Assembly (NCBI GenBank): GCA_000934665.2
Contig: JYFJ02003882.1
Location: 1-36,692 of the forward strand
Reading direction: 5' to 3'
DNA: 36,692 nt
DNA from: Catajapyx aquilonaris
Taxonomy: Eukaryota
Numbering within the stretch: the stretch's first letter is position 1; each line of letters opens with the position of its first letter. Positions 34,201-36,692 of the stretch are shown in pieces. The position numbers were made by a program, and so were the translations under genes. Under the pieces are notes generated by a model, which saw nothing but the letters and a program-made list of their open reading frames with translations, had not been told where the DNA came from and did not search any database.

Positions 34201-36692
34201 TCAGGCACTAAACACTGGTTACTACATCTGAAAGGATCATTTCACCCTCGGCAGGAACTTGCACCTGGCCTAAAACATACCGGCAAACAATCTAGCTCAA
34301 GCCTGAGAAGTAGCTAAAAGTGCACAACCAACTTTCAACGCACACCGTCTACCAATCTCCAAGCTACTGCAAGAAAATATGTTAACGTACATTCTCAAGG
34401 GCAAAGCCAAGCCAGTCTCCAACAGTCTTGCTGCGACTGACACTTCGGAGAACAATCTTGGCTCAATTGCTCCTTGGTCGAATATCACTGGTGACCTGAG
34501 GTCAATGGGAAGGGACATCTCCTTATCTCCCCAAATGCCAGGCACCTCAACAAGGTCGCCCTTCTTGACGACAAAAGTGGTGTTGAAGTCAGACACTATC
34601 TTCTCCAACTCATCTTTGCAGAAAGAACTCCAGGTGTCTAGTCCACCTGTCGGAATAATGCCTGCCAGGTGGCAACGAATGGCATAGTAGTCTGGTTCCA
34701 AGAAACTCTCTCGTAGGACACGCAACTTGTCACTCGAGCAGGAAATGGTGTCGCCTTTGTCCACCAAGAAGACGCGGATCTTCTTCACGCCTGGTTCAAC
34801 CACCCTAGCTCGCCACCAGTAACTTAGGTAACGAATAGCCACAAACTGGCCCACTTCCCAGTTCTGTGTCTCGTCCTTTGTTCTGTTGTAATACTTGTCC
34901 ATCACTGACTTCAGCCTGAAATAAGGTCATGCCGAACTATATAAATCAGCAATAGGAAATGGCCTCACATTGTTATCCGCTTCTGCAGGCATGACATAAC
35001 ACCTTTTTAGGCCATTTTTAGAAACCAAAAATTTGCTACGTGAGAAGGAACGTACAAGATCTTGTTCTCTGTGATTTCAGTTCATTGCGGGTATGTACGC
35101 AGTGGAAGGAATAACGATTTCTCCACAGTCACACTTTCAAAGGTTAAAATATTGCAAATTTGGAATATTCACAGCAAAGTTCATTTTCTAAAGCCCTAAC
35201 CGCACAATATCTGCTATGTAAACGTGATCAAGTCCTAGCAAACAATAATGAGCCACAATTAGTAGAAGAACTGCAAGAAACGAGCTCGGTACGTACTTTG
35301 CCAGTTCGTCAAGCATGTCACTCTCTTGCACGTAGATGAGGCTAGGTGACTCGCAGTAGCTCAAGTTCACCTCTATGGGAACCTCCACAGAAGCAACGGT
35401 TGCGGCATGCAGTTGTGCATTTTGTGTTGAGTTAGCGGTAGGAACAGACGAGGCGGAAACCTTGTCAGATGGGTGCCGCTCCTTAGGCTGAGAGGCATCA
35501 CCAGATGCACCATGGCCAGGTTTGGGTGCCAAGGTGCATGATGGGGCCTATAAAAATGGAAAATCAGGATAAGTTTCATGCAAACATTGAGTCCCATCTC
35601 ATGATGCGCACCTGTCAAATCACTTAATTTGTAGACAAAATTATTAAATGCATACATGCTACAACCACGTTGAGTAAATGCAAGCTCCATAACTTCCCTG
35701 GTTGATGGACGAATCAAACATGTGGCATTAACACTGCACATTGGCATCAAAAATGATGAAAATACAGTCGACAGTGTAACACGGAAATCAGTTCGTTATA
35801 TCCTAAAAGCAACTTTTGTAGTGAATGCAGTTTTCTGCCTGCCGTGCACACTACTGCATCCTGATTAATGAAACTATTCAGAAAAATGCAAAATTACCTC
35901 AACTATAAATCACTAAAAATACAGGGATCTTTTCAACTACCAGAGGTCAGATGAAATAAAATAAAATAAGCATATGTAATGACATATTGGCTTATATTTC
36001 CAGAACTATACATGCTACGAGTTGTGACAAATGTCATTTTACTTGTATTCTGTAGAATCTTAGCATATACCTTGAGAGATTTAGTAACTTAAAATATGCA
36101 CAGAAATAGGAAGGCCAAGGGCATGACCTTTGCAGTATGACCACTGGAAAAAATCTGGGGGGGGGAAAAAAATCAATGTGCACCTATACTCAAAAAAGTT
36201 TACACATTCAAACACATTCAAAGATGGTTTATTTACGAGATCGTGAGTCGTAACCCCATCTGGCCGGCTACCTTCTCCGCCGCTCACTTCTGCAAGGCCA
36301 CACAATACTTGCCAATTACTCACATGCTCAGACATTTTAAGACAGTGCCATGCACAGCTGACCATAATTAAAGGGCTCAGGAGTAAACAATGGTAAGGGT
36401 ATGGGTTTTACATATCCCTTACCATTGTTTACTCCCGAGGCCTTCAATTACGTATTATTAAGCAATAAGAATGCACAACAAATTCTCGAAAATAAATTCC
36501 TGAAGAATGAATGAAAAATATTCCTCAACTTCACAGTGCAAAATCCATCACAACATCAACACATCCTAAGGCACATTCATTAGCAGTGTAATTCTGAATG
36601 CAACCATACAATCCTTAAGGTAGTAATTACACAAAATGTGCTCCTCACCAGATCACAAGGTTCCCCGCCTCCTGAGGTGTGATGCTGCTTCT
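31211..36692 (-). CDS. RNF17: Multi-Tudor domain protein, RNF17/TDRD4/Qin(Kumo)-like; 5'-partial (last three extended Tudor domains)
   Basis: Frame-consistent GT-AG exons 35547-35297, 34915-34391, 33897-33783, 33543-33255, 33173-33019, 32903-32760, 32694-32581, 32500-32348, 32196-32047, 31972-31882, 31814-31676, 31601-31439, 31369-31211 (TGA), 815 aa. A possible further exon spans 36692-36649. Tudor motifs: VGQFVAIRY..WWRARV..FLVDKGD..CHLAGIIPTGG; VGDPCIAKY..WYRAVV..RFVDYGN; PCCARY..WYRCLI..QYVDYGN. The Tudor call is firm; RNF17/Qin orthology is tentative because the RING/B-box region is outside the window. Confidence 0.88.
36365..36450. repeat. 86-nt hairpin, probably intronic in the Tudor gene
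   Basis: GGAGTAAACAATGGTAAGGG (36380-36399) pairs perfectly with 36416-36435. Outer TAATTAAAGGGCTC / GAGGCCTTCAATTA pairs imperfectly. Confidence 0.85.

Noticed and set aside
36237..36289. Possible extra Tudor exon (EVSGGEGSRPDGVTTHDL)
   Set aside because: Its phase is incompatible with the donor at 36649 without a stop; cannot be supported without cDNA.

Overview
Eukaryotic, AT-rich, short-intron genomic DNA, very likely arthropod (tailless-type nuclear receptor plus Rebers-Riddiford cuticle proteins). Left to right: (1) 1-7.7 kb holds decayed DNA-transposon pieces (Tc1/IS630-type DDE remnant, a deleted Tc1, two fold-back palindromes). It also has a chain of strong minus-strand splice sites suggesting an unannotated spliced, mostly non-coding transcript. 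(2) About 10 kb of non-coding DNA with alternating GC-richer blocks, the probable tailless enhancer field. (3) The tailless/TLX gene on +, six coding exons at 18141-19641, first exon unresolved. (4) Downstream non-coding blocks and a nested MITE cluster at 22.4-23.3 kb. (5) Three cuticular-protein genes (-, +, -) at 24.1-29.1 kb. (6) The 3' part of a multi-Tudor, RNF17/Qin-like piRNA-pathway gene on -, from 31211 to beyond the window end. Most ORFs in the supplied track are spurious or exon fragments. No CRISPR, rRNA or tRNA was seen, and I cannot support a clearly new biological system. The best leads are the candidate spliced lncRNA with intronic fold-backs and a set of CACT...AGTG elements built from different internal repeat motifs. 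All gene models were read by eye and are untested.
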